From the NCBI GenBank assembly GCA_000004695.1, contig CM000152.2, positions 5,024,001 through 5,088,000 on the forward strand: a stretch of DNA of 64,000 nucleotides. The letters run 5' to 3'. The notes under the pieces are model-generated. The model saw only the letters and a list, made by a program, of their open reading frames with translations, was not told the DNA's origin and made no database searches. Positions 51,746 to 64,000 of this stretch are shown here, one piece after another. This stretch comes from Dictyostelium discoideum (Eukaryota). Made by a program: the position numbers and the translations under genes. Numbering within the stretch: position 1 is the stretch's first letter; every line of letters starts with the position of its first letter.

Positions 51746-52633
51746 TACAGTGTTAGATAATGAAGCAATTTATGATGTTTGTAAAAAAAAATTACATATT
51801 GAACGTCCATCATATGCAAATCTTAATAGAATGATAGCACAAGTTATAAGTTCATTAACATCATCACTTCGTTTTCCAGGTCAATTAAATGTTGATATTA
51901 ATGAATTTCAAACCAATTTAGTTCCATTCCCACGTATTCATTTCCTTTTAGCATCATATGCACCATTAATTTCAATAGAGAATGCAAATCATGAACAAGT
52001 TACAGTTAGTGCAATTACAAACTCTGTATTCAGTAATGATAACCTTTTGGCTAAATGTGATCCAAGTTCTGGTAAATATATGTCTTGTTGTCTTTTATAT
52101 CGTGGTAATATGACACCAAATGAAGCTCAAACTGCTGTTGCTGATATTAAAACTCAAAAATCAAAAACTGTTAATTGTATTTATTTTTAAAATTTTTAAA
52201 AAAAAACTCTATATTTATATTTATATTATTATTTATATTTATATTATTATTTATTAATTATAAAAATTTATTTTAATATTAATTTAATATTATTTTATTT
52301 TTAATAGTTACAAGTTGGTCAAAAGGTACAGGTTTTAAATGTGGTATTAATTCATCAATACCAACAGTGGTTCCAGGTGGTGATATGGCAAATATTGAGA
52401 AAGCTGTTTGTTTACTTTCAAATACAACTTCAATTTCACAAATCTTTAATAGATTAAATAGAAAATTTTCATTAATGTTTGAAAAGAGAGCATTTGTTCA
52501 TTGGTATGTTGGTGAAGGTATGGAAGAAGGTGAATTTGCTGAAGCAAGAGATGATCTACTTGCCTTGGAAAAAGATTATGAAAGTTTAGCTGAAGACTTA
52601 GATGATGAACAAGTAGAAGAACAAGAATATTAA
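50777..52633 (+). CDS. tubA: Alpha-tubulin, a divergent Dictyostelium-type alpha. Five exons: 50777..50822, 50962..51218, 51359..51662, 51751..52176 and 52308..52633.
   Basis: Exon 1 reads [15 protein letters not shown] with a trailing g. Exon 2 reads [15 protein letters not shown]…[33 protein letters not shown]. Exon 3 reads [56 protein letters not shown]…[15 protein letters not shown]…DVTF. Exon 4 reads [42 protein letters not shown]…KTVN. Exon 5 reads [28 protein letters not shown]…[31 protein letters not shown]…EEQEY*. Donors are GTATTT, GTAAAA, GTAAGT and GTATTT. Total length is 1359 nt, or 452 aa. The symbol is inferred because Dictyostelium alpha-tubulin is known to be divergent. Confidence 0.85.
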
Positions 52634-52785
52634 AAAAAATTATTTAAAAAAAATTTTAAACATAAAAAAAAAAAATATAAAATTAATTTGTTTCCAATTT
52701 TAATATTATTATTTTTTTTATTATTATTTTTATTTTATTTTTTATTTTATTTTATTTTTTTTCAATTAATTTTAGTTTTCTTTAT

Positions 52786-53618
52786 TTATAATTTATTTTC
52801 ATTATTATTGTTAATATTATTATTACTTAAAATTTCTTGAATTTGTTTTACTTTTTCAAGAGCTTTTATAAAATCATCAATTTCAGATTTTGAAAGTTCA
52901 TCTTCATTACCAAGTAAAAAGTTTTTACCTTTTTCAAGGAATGGTAAAACCTCTTTTAATTGATTACCAAATTCGATTTGAGTATTTTTTAATTGTTTTA
53001 GTGCTTCACTATCTTGAGAGATTAATGGTGATGATGGTAATGTCATTGATTTATGTTTATTAAGAGTTCTAGCTTGGCCAATTGATATAGTTGGATTGGA
53101 AATAGATAATGATGATGTATTGTTGTTGATTGGTGTAGTTGCAGTTGAGAATAAACTAAATAAATCAGATTCTTTACTATTTGCAAAAATATCTTTAACA
53201 TTCGATTTCACTGGTATTGAAACATGTGAACTATTATTTAATGATGATGATGAAGATGATGGTGATGGTGAAAAATGACTATTATTATTATTATGAGTTA
53301 AAATTGGTGTATGACTTTGTAATGGTGTAGTTGTTGATGATGATGATGATGATGATGATGATAATAATGTTGATGTTGATGTTATATTTGGAGTATTACT
53401 AACATTTGAAGTTGAGGAAATTAATGGAGTTGTTTTATTACTTAATGGATCAATTGGTGTTGTATTTGCTGATGATAATTGTGAAGAATATGGTTGGAAT
53501 GATGAGGTTGTTGATTCAAATGTTGAAGTCTCTGGGAATGGTAATGTATTTGCTTGTGTTGAAGGTGTAGTAATATTATTATTACTATTATTATTGTTAT
53601 TATTAATATTATTATTGC

Positions 53619-53685
<67 letters not shown>

Positions 53686-53927
53686 TGGAATTTGTCTTGA
53701 ACCACTTGATGATAAAGTTGTTGGTGGTTGAGCAGTTTTTACCATACCTGCAATTGAACAATTAGAATCCTTAATTTCCAATGCTTTTTTAATTAACATA
53801 TAAACATCTTCAACTGGTGGATATTTATAAATTCTTTTTAATGCATAAATACTATCACTTTTTAATACTTTTAAAATTTTATATATAAAGTCAATTAACG
53901 TTAGTTATATATATATATAATGATTTT

Positions 53928-53969
<42 letters not shown>

Positions 53970-54461
53970 TTACTTACAATGTTCTCTAATATAAGTTAAC
54001 ATTGAAATACAAAAATAATCAATTAAAATTAAATTTTCACCATAAGCAAAAAGAGCATCCCAAATATTTAAAACATCATCAAAATGAAATTCTCTACCAA
54101 ATAATAAACGAATCCAACGTAGTAAATAAATTTGTGGTTCAATATCTAAGGAATCCAAGTGTTGATAAAGTTCAAAATCTTTTTGTTTTAATAAAATTGA
54201 GTGAATATATTTACATTTTAAAACAACATCATTACATTTTGATGATAATTCCTCTTCTTCATTATCCTGTACACTACTTGATGATGAAGATGCTACTGTT
54301 GGTGAATTACTACCTAATGGTGGTGGTGGTGGTGGTGATGGTGATGATGATGACGAAGGTGGTGGTGGTGAAACTGTTGATGATGAAGATGATGTTATTG
54401 TTGATGATGATGATGATGTTGATGTTGATGATGATACTGTTGTTGCAGCTGCTGTTGTTGT

Positions 54462-54496
<35 letters not shown>

Positions 54497-56139
54497 AAGT
54501 TGTTGTATTATTATTATTTGTATTATTTGAATTATTTGAATTATTAGTTTGTTGAGTTGGTGCAGGAGCATACCAATCTGAAGTAAATTTCATTAACCTT
54601 TCAAAGATAGCAAAAGTATCATGTTCTAAATATTTAATATTATAAATGAAATCAACTAAAGTTGAAGATGAATTTTCATCCAATTTCTTATAGCTACTAT
54701 ACTCTTGATTGTATAAATAAATGATTGGTGCCAATAATTCATGCATACCTTGTCTATAAGAGATGATACCATTGGTTTTTGAATAAACAAATAAAATGGT
54801 TGCCATCATTTCCCTAATAACTGGATTTGAAAAGAAATCATTATCTGGATGAGTTCTCTCTAAATCAATTTTAATAATTTTTTGTGTATCTAAATTTTTA
54901 AAGAATTTATTCCATGGTGACTTTTATTTTTTTGAAAAAAAAAAAAACAAAAAACAAAATTAGTAAAAAAAAAAAAAAAAAAAAAAAAAAGATATTTTTA
55001 TATATATATAAAACATACATCGTCATTTTGAGATAATGGATCATATGTTGAATTTGAATTTCTTGGGTCAAAACAATGTTCTTCTTTTAATTTTTCATAT
55101 CTTTTTCTTTGTTGAGTAATATCTCTTTCCCATTTATCAACTCTATTAATATCTAATCCACCTAAAAATAACTAAAGTTTTTAAAAAAAAAAAAAAAAAA
55201 ATTGTTAATGAGTAAAAAAAAAAAAAAAAAAAAAACAACAAATAATTAATGAATTAAGTTATATACCTTCCAAGCAATACCTCTCAATGGTGAATATTTT
55301 AAAGCACCAGTGAATGCATTCATTTTTAAAATTTCTAAAGGTTTTTTTTCTAATGGAATGGTTGAAAAGAAGATTTTATTGAATTCAGATTGTAGTGGTG
55401 AAATTAAAGGTTCTTCTTGTTTTTCATGAATCTCTTGCTCAATTGTACCAACTGTTGTTGTGGATATAATATGTTCATCTTTTGATGCAGTTGTTACTCC
55501 CATTGAAAAACTATTATTCATATCTTTATTTGTTGTTGTTGTTGTTGTATTTTCATTACTATTACCATTATTATTATTATCAATTTCATTATTATTATTA
55601 TTATTATTATTATTTATTATTGATACAATTGGTGTGAATATTTCATGAACTACATTTTCTTTTTTAATTTGTTCATCTTGGTCACTGTCACTATCATCTA
55701 CTTTTGTATTAATGTTAACTTCTAATGGATTTACTACAATTGGTTCACTATTGATCAATGTGGATGTTGGTGTAGTAGTTGTAGTTGGTACTGCAGTAGT
55801 TGCAGTGGTTGTTGTAGTAGTTGTAACTGTATTTTCTTTAGTTACACTTATTGGTTGAGATGGTATAATTTCTTCTTGTTGTTGTTGTTGTTGTTGTTGT
55901 TGTTGAGTAGAAGTTGATGCTTCAATTGGTATTGGAGGTATTGATGATGAAATTAAAGGACTATTTGCGGCCTCTGTACCAAAAATAGATTCTACTGCTG
56001 CATCAACTTTCTTTTCTTTAGTTGGTATTGTATCAAATATTGATGACATTATATCATTTGATGTTGTGACACTATTTCTTATATTTGGTGTTGTTGTACC
56101 TGAATTTATATCTAAATCTAAAAATCCACTGGTATCCAT
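52786..56139 (-). CDS. TBC-domain Rab GTPase-activating protein with long low-complexity Ser/Thr/Asn/Gln tracts. Four exons on the minus strand: 56139..55267, 55171..55019, 54920..53978 and 53867..52786.
   Basis: Exon 1 reads MDTSGFLDLD… and ends …ALKYSPLRGIAWK before a GTATAT donor. Exon 2 reads LFLGGLDINRVDKWERDITQQRKRYEKLKEEHCFDPRNSNSTYDPLSQNDD before GTATGT. Exon 3 reads SPWNKFFKNLDTQKIIKIDLERTHPDNDFFSNPVIREMMATILFVYSKTNGIISYRQGMHELLAPIIYLY… and carries the TBC signatures IxxDxxR (IKIDLERT) and YxQ (YRQGMHEL); it also has RWIRLLFGREFHFDDVLNIWDALFAYGENL and ends …REH+t before GTAAGT. Exon 4 reads LLKSDSIYALKRIYKYPPVEDVYMLIKKALE…*. Phases 0/0/1 are consistent, giving 1016 aa. Confidence 0.75.
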
Positions 56140-56787
56140 TTGTTTTTTTTTTTTTTTTTTGTTTATATAATTGTATGTGTATGTTTTTTTTTATAAATAT
56201 ATATATATATTTTTTGTTTATAAAATTATGTAATTTGTATTAGCTTTTTTTAAAGTGTACAATACTTTAAAAATTAATAGTAAACACTAATACAGTCACT
56301 GAAAAAAAAAATACAAAAAAAAAAAAAAATAGATATTTTTTTGTGTGTGGTTTTTATAAAAAGCAAAAAAAAAAAAATTAAAATAAAATATTTTTTTTTT
56401 TTTTTTTTCTTTTTTTTTTTTTTTTCTTTTTTTTTTAATTTCAATAATTCCAATGAATTCTCCAAAGAGAATGAAAAAAAAACAATAAAGAAAAACAATA
56501 AAAAAATTTAATAAGGTAATTAAATTTAATAATTACCTTTTTGATCATATATTATTAGAAGAAACAACAATTATTCTAATTCAAGTTTTATCATATTTTC
56601 ATTCCAAAATTAAACTAAAACGTTTTCGTTTATTTTTTTTTTAAAATTTTTTTTTAAAATTTTTTTATTTTTTTATTTTAAATTTTATTTTATTTTTTAT
56701 TTATTTTCTTTTTTTTAAAATTTTTTTTTTTTTTTAATTTTTAGATTAATTCCTTATTTGGATTTCAAAGGATGTCCGCGGACAAAT

Positions 56788-56821
<34 letters not shown>

Positions 56822-57134
56822 TTTTTGTTTTGTTTTCCTTCTATGAAATGATAATAATATTTATATATATAAACAGAAAAAAAGATATACCAAATTAAAA
56901 AAAGAATAAAAATAATAAAGTAAATAATAACAATAAAAAAAAAGAAGGAAAAAAAAAATAATTAAGATATAATCTATTAAAAGAAAAAGTTGATTTTTTT
57001 TTTTTAAAAATACTTTATCACTAATTCCAAAAAAAAAATTGTGGGTAAAAATAAAAAATATTTAGATAATGTATTTTTTTAGCATAAAAACAATTTATTA
57101 TTATTATTTTTATTATTATTGTTATTTATTATTT

Positions 57135-57140
<6 letters not shown>

Positions 57141-57176
<36 letters not shown>

Positions 57177-57178
57177 AT
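57141..57178. repeat. (TTG)n microsatellite.
   Basis: 13 ttg repeats, which yield a spurious poly-Leu ORF. Confidence 0.9.
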
Positions 57179-58373
57179 TATTATTATTATTATTTTTATT
57201 TTTAATTTTAGATAATCTATATTTTAAAAAAGAAAAAAAAAATCCTACATATTATTTTCACCACTACCACACATATACATATTATTACAATAGTTGTAAA
57301 TATTTTACTGTTAGTTCCATATTTTTGGTAAATTCGAATTTACACCCACCACTAGAACTGTTTGACATAAAAAAAAAAAAAAAAAAAAAAAATAATAAAA
57401 ATAATAAAAATAATAAAAAAATAAAATAAAAAAAAAAAAAAAAAAAAACAATAACAAAAATAATAATATTAATTATAAAATGTTTTTTTTTTTTAATTTA
57501 AAAAAAGTTAATGAATTTAGGAAAGAATTATAATATTTTTTTTTTATATAAATTTTATATGGGTTTATAAAAGACTGCGTAGGGAGTGTGTAATAAATAT
57601 CTATATTTATAAAAAAATAATAATTTATTTTTACATTAAACTTTTAATGTTAATATATTTTTGTAATTTTAAAATATCCAAACCCCAAAAAAAAAAAAAA
57701 AAAAAAAAAGTAAAAAAATAAAAAATATAGCCTTTAAAAGTATTAATGGGTTTATTATTATTTTATTTATTATTTTTATTTTTTTTTTATATTTTTTAAA
57801 ATCACTATCACCAATCATAAGAATATTATTCGATTTAAAATTCATCGAAAAAAAACAATGTCAATTAAAGCTATTTATTTATTGAAAAATGTATTTTTTA
57901 ATATAAAAAAAAAAAAAAAAACCCTTTTTTAAAAAATTAATTAGGGTTTTTTTTTTTAGTCATTTTTTTTTTTTTTAGTCATTTTTTTTTTTTTTTTTTT
58001 TTATTCACAATTCCTTTGCTTTTTATATTAATTATAAAATTTAAAAATAAAAAGCTCCTTACTTTCGTTTTTTTTTTTTTTTTTTTGTGTATACACTAAA
58101 AATAAAAATATTTTGTCAAACTCTGTTTAAAATAAAAAAAATAAAAAAATTAAACAAAAAAAAAAAAAAAAGAAAAAAAAATATAAAAAAAAAAAAAAAA
58201 AAAAATAAATTCAAAGTGAATAATTCCAATTTTTAAGGTTCATTTTTGATTATTCTTTTCGTTTTATTAAATAATAATAATAATAAAAATAAAAATAATT
58301 AATAATAATATTATTAATAAAAATAAAAAAGATATTTTAAATCAATTACTGTGATAACAAGTATAATCTTTTT

Positions 58374-58406
<33 letters not shown>

Positions 58407-59253
58407 TCAACTTTTATTATTTTTTTTTTAATTTTTTAATTTTTAGCTCATTTATGATTATAAAAATATTTTTATAATATTAATATAATTGTAGCCATTA
58501 AATTGTTTAAAATTTAAATTCAAAAAAAAAACCACCAAACCAAGTAAATGATCCAAATGGTGGTTATTAAAATTAAAAATAATTAAATAATTAAATAAAT
58601 AAACAAATAATAAAAAAAAAAAAAAAAAAAAGAACTAAAGAAAAAAAAAAAGGTATATTTCCCAAATAACAATATTTTTGAAAAAAGAAAAAAAACTGTT
58701 TCTATTTTTTTGTTTTTATTTGTTTGTTTATGTTTGTTTGTTTTAAAAAAAATGAAAATTTGATTAATAATAGATATTTCTTTCTTTCTCGTTCATAAAG
58801 ACACTCAAAACCCCCACAACCACAAAAAACACACATTTTACCATTTATATTATTTAGATATTATTCGACACACTTTAATAAATATAAAAAACGTATTAAT
58901 GTGATGTGTTTTTTTTTTTTTTTGTTTCTTTCATTAAACACTTTATTCATTTATTCATTTATTTATTATTTTTTTTTTATTTTTTTTTTTTGTAAAAACT
59001 AAAAACATCTTTTAAAATTATATAATTTTAATTTTAATTTATTATTATTTTTGTTAATTTTAAATCACAACTTATTAGGCAAATCAATTTAGTGATAAAA
59101 ATAAAAGAAAAAAATAATTATATAATTATAACAATAATTTATTTTTTTTTGGAAATTTTGCAAAGTGATATTATTGGTTTATTTTTTTTTATTTTTTTTT
59201 TTTTTTTAAAAAAATTATTTTTATATCTTTTATCTTTGCCTAAATTAAAAATT

Positions 59254-59304
<51 letters not shown>

Positions 59305-59658
59305 TAGAAGAATTAAATAAAATTATAAAAAAATATTAAAATAAAAAAAAAAAAAAAAAACTTCACATATCCAATTTATTAAAAAAAAAATAATTGGCTG
59401 TATTTTTATAATTATTATTTTTATTATTAATATTAATAATATTATTATTAACAATATTAGTATTTTTGCTTTAGAGTTTTTTTTTTTTTTTTTTCCTTTT
59501 TTTTTTATTTTTATAATTATTATTTTTATTTCTTTTTTTTTTTTATCTTTATTAGTTTAAACTTTTAATTTTATTTTTTCTTTTTTCCAAACATTTTAAA
59601 AAAAAAAAAACCAACATATTAATTAATTTAATTTTATTTTAAAATAAAGTAAATAATA

Positions 59659-59885
59659 ATGGAAAGTAATAAATCATCATCACATGGAGATGTATCAACT
59701 TCTCCATCATTTTTAAATAATCATCATCAATTTAATAATGGTGGTGATATAATCCCAAAAAAGAAAAAAAATAGGATAATGCATGTTGGTTCTTATGAAG
59801 TTGGCAAAACTTTAGGTAATGGTACATTTGGTAAAGTTAAATTAGGTACAAATATTTGTACAAAAGAAAATGTAAATAAATAAAT

Positions 59886-59935
<50 letters not shown>

Positions 59936-62073
59936 TTATTTTATTATTATAAAATAATTTTTAGGTTGCAATTAAATTTATAAAAAATAATAAATTATCA
60001 GGAAAACAAAAAGAAACATGTTTTAGAGAAATTGATATTATGAAATTATTAGATCATCCAAATATAGTGAAATTATTAGATGTTGTTGATAAAAGAGAAG
60101 AAGAAGGTACAACTTATTTAATAGTTGAATATGTATCAGGTGGTGAATTATTTGATTATATAGTTGCACGTGAATATATTAAAGAGAAAGAAGCAAGAAA
60201 ATTTTTTAGACAAATGATATCGGCCATAGAGTATTGTCATGCAAATTTAATAGTTCATAGGGATTTAAAACCCGAGAATTTATTATTAGACTCAAATGGT
60301 GATATTAAAATCTCGGATTTCGGATTGAGTAATAATATTCAACCTGGTAAGCTATTGGAGTCATTTTGTGGCTCACCATTGTATGCAGCACCAGAGATAT
60401 TGAAAGCAGAGAAATATTTAGGACCACCCGTTGACATTTGGAGCTTAGGCGTTATCATGTACGCCGTGCTCTGTGGCAACTTGCCATGGGAGGGCGACTC
60501 GCAGGCAGAGATCTCGTTCAATTCAGTGCATGGTAATTACGAAGATCCCACCCATTTATCGGCAGAGGCAGTTCACATTCTACGAAGAATGATTGTACCA
60601 AATCCAAAAGATAGAGCAACGATTCAAGAACTTAAAAATCATCCATGGACCAATATTGATTATCAAGAGATTCCAAAATCTCATTTACCACCAAGAGATG
60701 CGGTTCATGAGATTAAGGAAGACATTTTCGCTCATTTAATTTCACTTGGTTTTCCAAATACAAAAGAAACTCGTGATATAATATTAAAGAATGAAAATTG
60801 TGGTATTGTAAATGTTTATCATTTACTATTGGATAGATATGCTTCTAAAGAAGTTGAAAATTTAAAATCAAAATTAGAATTACTCTCAAAAAGAAAGAAA
60901 TCTTTCTCTGATAAAAGAAATCCTTCAACAAATTCTTTAGCTTCAATTCCAGAAGATTCAAATGATTTATCTTCTAATAATAATAATAATCAACAACAAC
61001 AAAATTCACCACCTTCTAAAACTAATTCCTCTTCCACTTCTTCATCAAATAGAGAATCAAATAATAATTCTCCTTCTCAAGGTTCAATAAAAGAAATTAG
61101 TTTAGATGAGTTGGATAATCATATAGAACAATTGGATAATGATATTGAAAATTCTGATAATAATAAATCATCTTCACTTACAAGAAGATCTTCTGATCCA
61201 AATAAAGATATTGAAAATTCTTTAAAAGCTCAAGGTTTATTTTCAAGTTATTCTGCACCTGGTGTACCAAATTCTGATCATAATTATGATTTTGAAACTT
61301 ATCAACAACAACAACAATATCAACAACAACTACACCAACAACAACTACAACTACAACAACAATATCAATCACAAATACAATCCGATATATCATTCCCACA
61401 TGATGATGTTGAAATTGAAAGTTATTCAATTCAACAGCAACAACTACAACAACAACAACAACAACAACAAGAACAACACAAAGAAGATAATAATAAACCA
61501 AATACAAATTTAAGAAGAAATTCAATTGCAGTTTCAACATTTATGGAAGATGAACCAAATGAAATGCCAATTAATAATTTGTATAAAATGAATGAACAAA
61601 TTCAACAACAACCAATTATTGGTGGTAGTGGTAATGTAATGAGATCACAATTTAATCAAACATTACCAACAATTGATCAACAACCAGTTATTGAAGCACC
61701 AAAAACGAGAAGAATGAGTTTAGATTCACGTATGTTAAATGGTGATCAACAATCATTGGTTGAAAAGAATCAACATATGGCAAGTCCAAGAACTTCGAAA
61801 GGTATATTTAAATCTTCAACTACCACTACTAAATCACCAGAGAAAACAATTATCGAATTGAAAAGATCTCTCGAAGAAAGTGGTTTATTCACTAAAAAGA
61901 AAGGTCCTTACCTTTTCTTATGTTTTGATGAAGATAACTCTGTTAAATTTCAAATCGAAATCGTTAAAATTTGTAACCTTGATTTAACTGGTATTCAATT
62001 AAAAAGATTAAGTGGCGATACTTGGAAATATAAAGATATTTGTACTGAATTAGTTGAATCAATGAAATTATAA
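59659..62073 (+). CDS. MARK/Par-1-family Ser/Thr protein kinase (AMPK-related, CAMK group) with UBA-like and C-terminal KA1 domains, two exons, 59659..59871 and 59965..62073.
   Basis: Exon 1 reads MESNKSSSHGDV…YEVGKTLGNGTFGKVKLGTNICTKEN, which includes the Gly-loop, and ends at a GTAAAT donor. A 93-nt intron ends in TTTTAG. Exon 2 reads VAIKFIKNNKLSGK…EIDIMKLLDHPNIVKL…HRDLKPENLLLD…DFGLSN…GSPLYAAPE…DIWSLGVIMY…. A UBA-like region follows (DIFAHLISLGFPNTKETRDIILKNENCGIVNVYHLLLDR), then Gln/Asn-rich linkers. The C-terminus has a KA1 domain (…FQIEIVKICNLDLTGIQLKRLSGDTWKYKDICTELVESMKL*). The total is 773 aa. Confidence 0.85.
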
Positions 62074-62186
62074 GTTTTTTTTTAAAAAAAAAATAAATAG
62101 TAATAAATAATAAAAAAATAATAAATAATAAATAATAATAAATAATAAATAATAATAAATAATAAATAATAATAATAATAAATAAT

Positions 62187-62217
<31 letters not shown>

Positions 62218-63020
62218 ATTAAATAATATTTATATTAATAAATAAAAAAATAATAATACTTAACGATTAATCACCTATGTATTGATATATATAAATAAAA
62301 AATTTTAAAATCTCAAATCATTCTTTTTTAAAAATAATATAATATCACATAAAAAAAAGAGATAAAATTCTTTTTTTTTGAATAATAAAAATTTTTAATA
62401 TTTGATTGGAAACCAATATTTAATTTTTATATTTTTATATTTTTATTTAATATTTTAATTAAAATTTTATTTTATTTTAAAAAAAAATTATAAAAAAATG
62501 TGTGATAAATAATAAAATCTAAAATTTTATTTGTTTAAAAAAAAAATGAAAAATAAAATGAAAATTAAAATATTAAGGTGTCAAATTGTTTTTAATAATA
62601 ATAATTATAAATAATAAGGTATTTAGTCCATTGGTAATCAAAATGTTCCTCCTGAAATGGAGTTCTCATTCCAGCCATAAACGATGACATATTATTTACT
62701 TTGTTTTTTTTTTTTTTTTTTTTTAATTAAATAAATAATCTTTCCATTTTCTTTTCGTTTTTTTTTTTCTTTTCCTTTTTTTTTTTCTTTTCCTTTTTTT
62801 CCTTTTTTTTTTTTTTTTTTTTTTAAAAATTTAATTTTATAAACCTTAATATGAAATAGTATTTTTAACCACATTTGAAAATTATGAATTTTCATTTTTT
62901 CTAAAAATAGTAAAAATTATTTAACCTATTTTTTTTTTTATTAAAATCAATATTTAAAAATAGAATTTTTTATATATACTTCTTAAAGTTACTATAAATA
63001 CCCAAAAAAATCAAATTATT

Positions 63021-63063
<43 letters not shown>

Positions 63064-63098
63064 TTAATTTTATTGTTAAAAAAAAAAAAAAAAAAAAA

Positions 63099-63704
63099 AT
63101 GAAGATATTATACTTTATATTTGTAATAATAATTAATATTTTATTAATTTTGAATCATGTTAAATCAAAATATAATACGTTTATTTTTGAAAATACAGAT
63201 GGCTTTCCGGAGTGTAATAGAGAAGTTCCAATTGATAAATGTACCTTATTTTGTGGTAGACTTTTTGGTGGTCTTTCATATGATAGTGAAAAGTTAATAT
63301 TTTATGAAGGTGAAAATTGTTATACAATGATCCATGGTGAGTTTTTATGTAGTGATACAGAAAGAACTTCTTTTAGAATGGATAATTATTTAGCCGATGA
63401 TGAAAGTTGGTATAAAGCATTTTTCAACTATTTGGTAAATTGTACTTGGGACGAAAAAAATACACCGGAAACACCATCACCAACAGAAAATGCACCAAAT
63501 ACAAGTGGTGGTAGTAGTGAAGGTAATCATTACACTTATAAAAGTAGTAGTAGTAGTAGTGAACATATCAATGATATTCCAACATATTCCCACTCTGGTT
63601 ATGGAAATTATGGGGAAGATCCTCAAAGAAACATTGGTATTTCATTATCAAGTTCTTTAATTTTTATTTCAATTTTATTTTTAATAATTTTTATAAATAA
63701 TTAA
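63099..63704 (+). CDS. Small secreted or GPI-anchored-type cell-surface protein of 201 aa, with a Cys-rich N-terminal domain and a Ser/Thr-rich stalk.
   Basis: The sequence shows a signal peptide (MKILYFIFVIIINILLILNHVKS), Cys-containing blocks (…PECNREVPIDKCTLFCGRLFGG…GENCYTMIHGEFLCSD…NCTWDEK) and a Ser-rich segment. The C-terminus is hydrophobic (ISLSSSLIFISILFLIIFINN*), consistent with a GPI-attachment signal. It is a single exon. Confidence 0.55.
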   Translation: MKILYFIFVIIINILLILNHVKSKYNTFIFENTDGFPECNREVPIDKCTLFCGRLFGGLSYDSEKLIFYEGENCYTMIHGEFLCSDTERTSFRMDNYLADDESWYKAFFNYLVNCTWDEKNTPETPSPTENAPNTSGGSSEGNHYTYKSSSSSSEHINDIPTYSHSGYGNYGEDPQRNIGISLSSSLIFISILFLIIFINN

Positions 63705-63814
63705 TTATTATAAATATCAAATTATAATAAAATTTTAAACAAAAAAAAAAAAAAGAGATAAAAATCTTTTATTATATCTTCGTTTATTTATTAATTTTTT
63801 TTTTTTTCTTTTGT

Positions 63815-63846
<32 letters not shown>

Positions 63847-64000
63847 CTTTTTTTTTTGGGTGGGAAAATATTGCCAATGTCAGTAATTTAATATTAAAAT
63901 TATTAATACTATTTATAACTATTGTCTGATTATTTAAATTCAGCTGTTATTATTTTTTTTTTTTTTTTTGTTTTAAATGTTTGGAAGTCGCCATGAACCA

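Noticed and set aside
53096-55648. ORFs 53096..53278 (+), 53442..53705 (-), 54002..54547 (+) and 55460..55648 (+).
   Set aside because: They lie inside TBC Rab-GAP exons in the wrong frame or on the wrong strand, and are driven by (AAT)n, (TCA)n and (ATG)n coding repeats.
61178-61540. ORFs 61178..61540 (-), 61262..61513 (+) and 60339..60521 (-).
   Set aside because: They are antisense or out-of-frame within the MARK kinase exon, inside a Gln/Asn repeat region.

Overview
This window reads as nuclear DNA from a Dictyostelium-type amoebozoan, most likely D. discoideum. It is extremely AT-rich, with homopolymer A/T intergenic tracts, short AT-rich introns beginning GTAAGT or GTATGT and ending in AG, and Asn/Gln/Ser-rich coding repeats. 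Splice junctions were placed by hand and are approximate within a few nucleotides. The supplied ORF track often starts ORFs at TTG or GTG, so its 'M' starts are not always ATG.

About 20 protein-coding genes can be supported. They include the 5' part of an S53 sedolisin/tripeptidyl-peptidase, an ELO fatty-acid elongase, a large Asn-rich hypothetical protein, and a Maf-like pyrophosphatase. Others are a purple acid phosphatase, a FYVE plus pseudokinase plus WH2 protein (Slob/PXK-like), class III alcohol dehydrogenase (formaldehyde dehydrogenase), and a large two-block polytopic membrane protein. The rest are a HEAT-like hypothetical, prefoldin subunit 4, cob(I)alamin adenosyltransferase (MMAB), a Na+/H+ exchanger, a thioredoxin-fold CxxS membrane protein, a divergent alpha-tubulin, a TBC-domain Rab-GAP, a MARK/Par-1-type kinase and a small GPI-anchor-like surface protein.

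The most striking region is 40.4 to 47.3 kb. It holds an intron-containing tRNA gene with an apparently intact TRE5-A-type non-LTR retrotransposon about 50 bp upstream in head-to-head orientation. The element has A-modules, a B-module, ORF1 of 444 aa, ORF2 with endonuclease, reverse transcriptase and a zinc finger, a second B-module and C-modules. Beyond its 3' end is an array of C-module-derived repeats interleaved with partial duplicates of the tRNA 5' half. Downstream of the tRNA is a GC-richer block with a 28-bp hairpin.

Other notable items are a processed, poly(A)-tailed, internally deleted pseudogene of elongation factor 2, an in-frame TGA at a conserved Arg codon of the MMAB gene, a one-nucleotide frame break inside a CAA repeat of the Asn-rich gene, and a MITE-like element of about 210 bp with 50-bp terminal inverted repeats.
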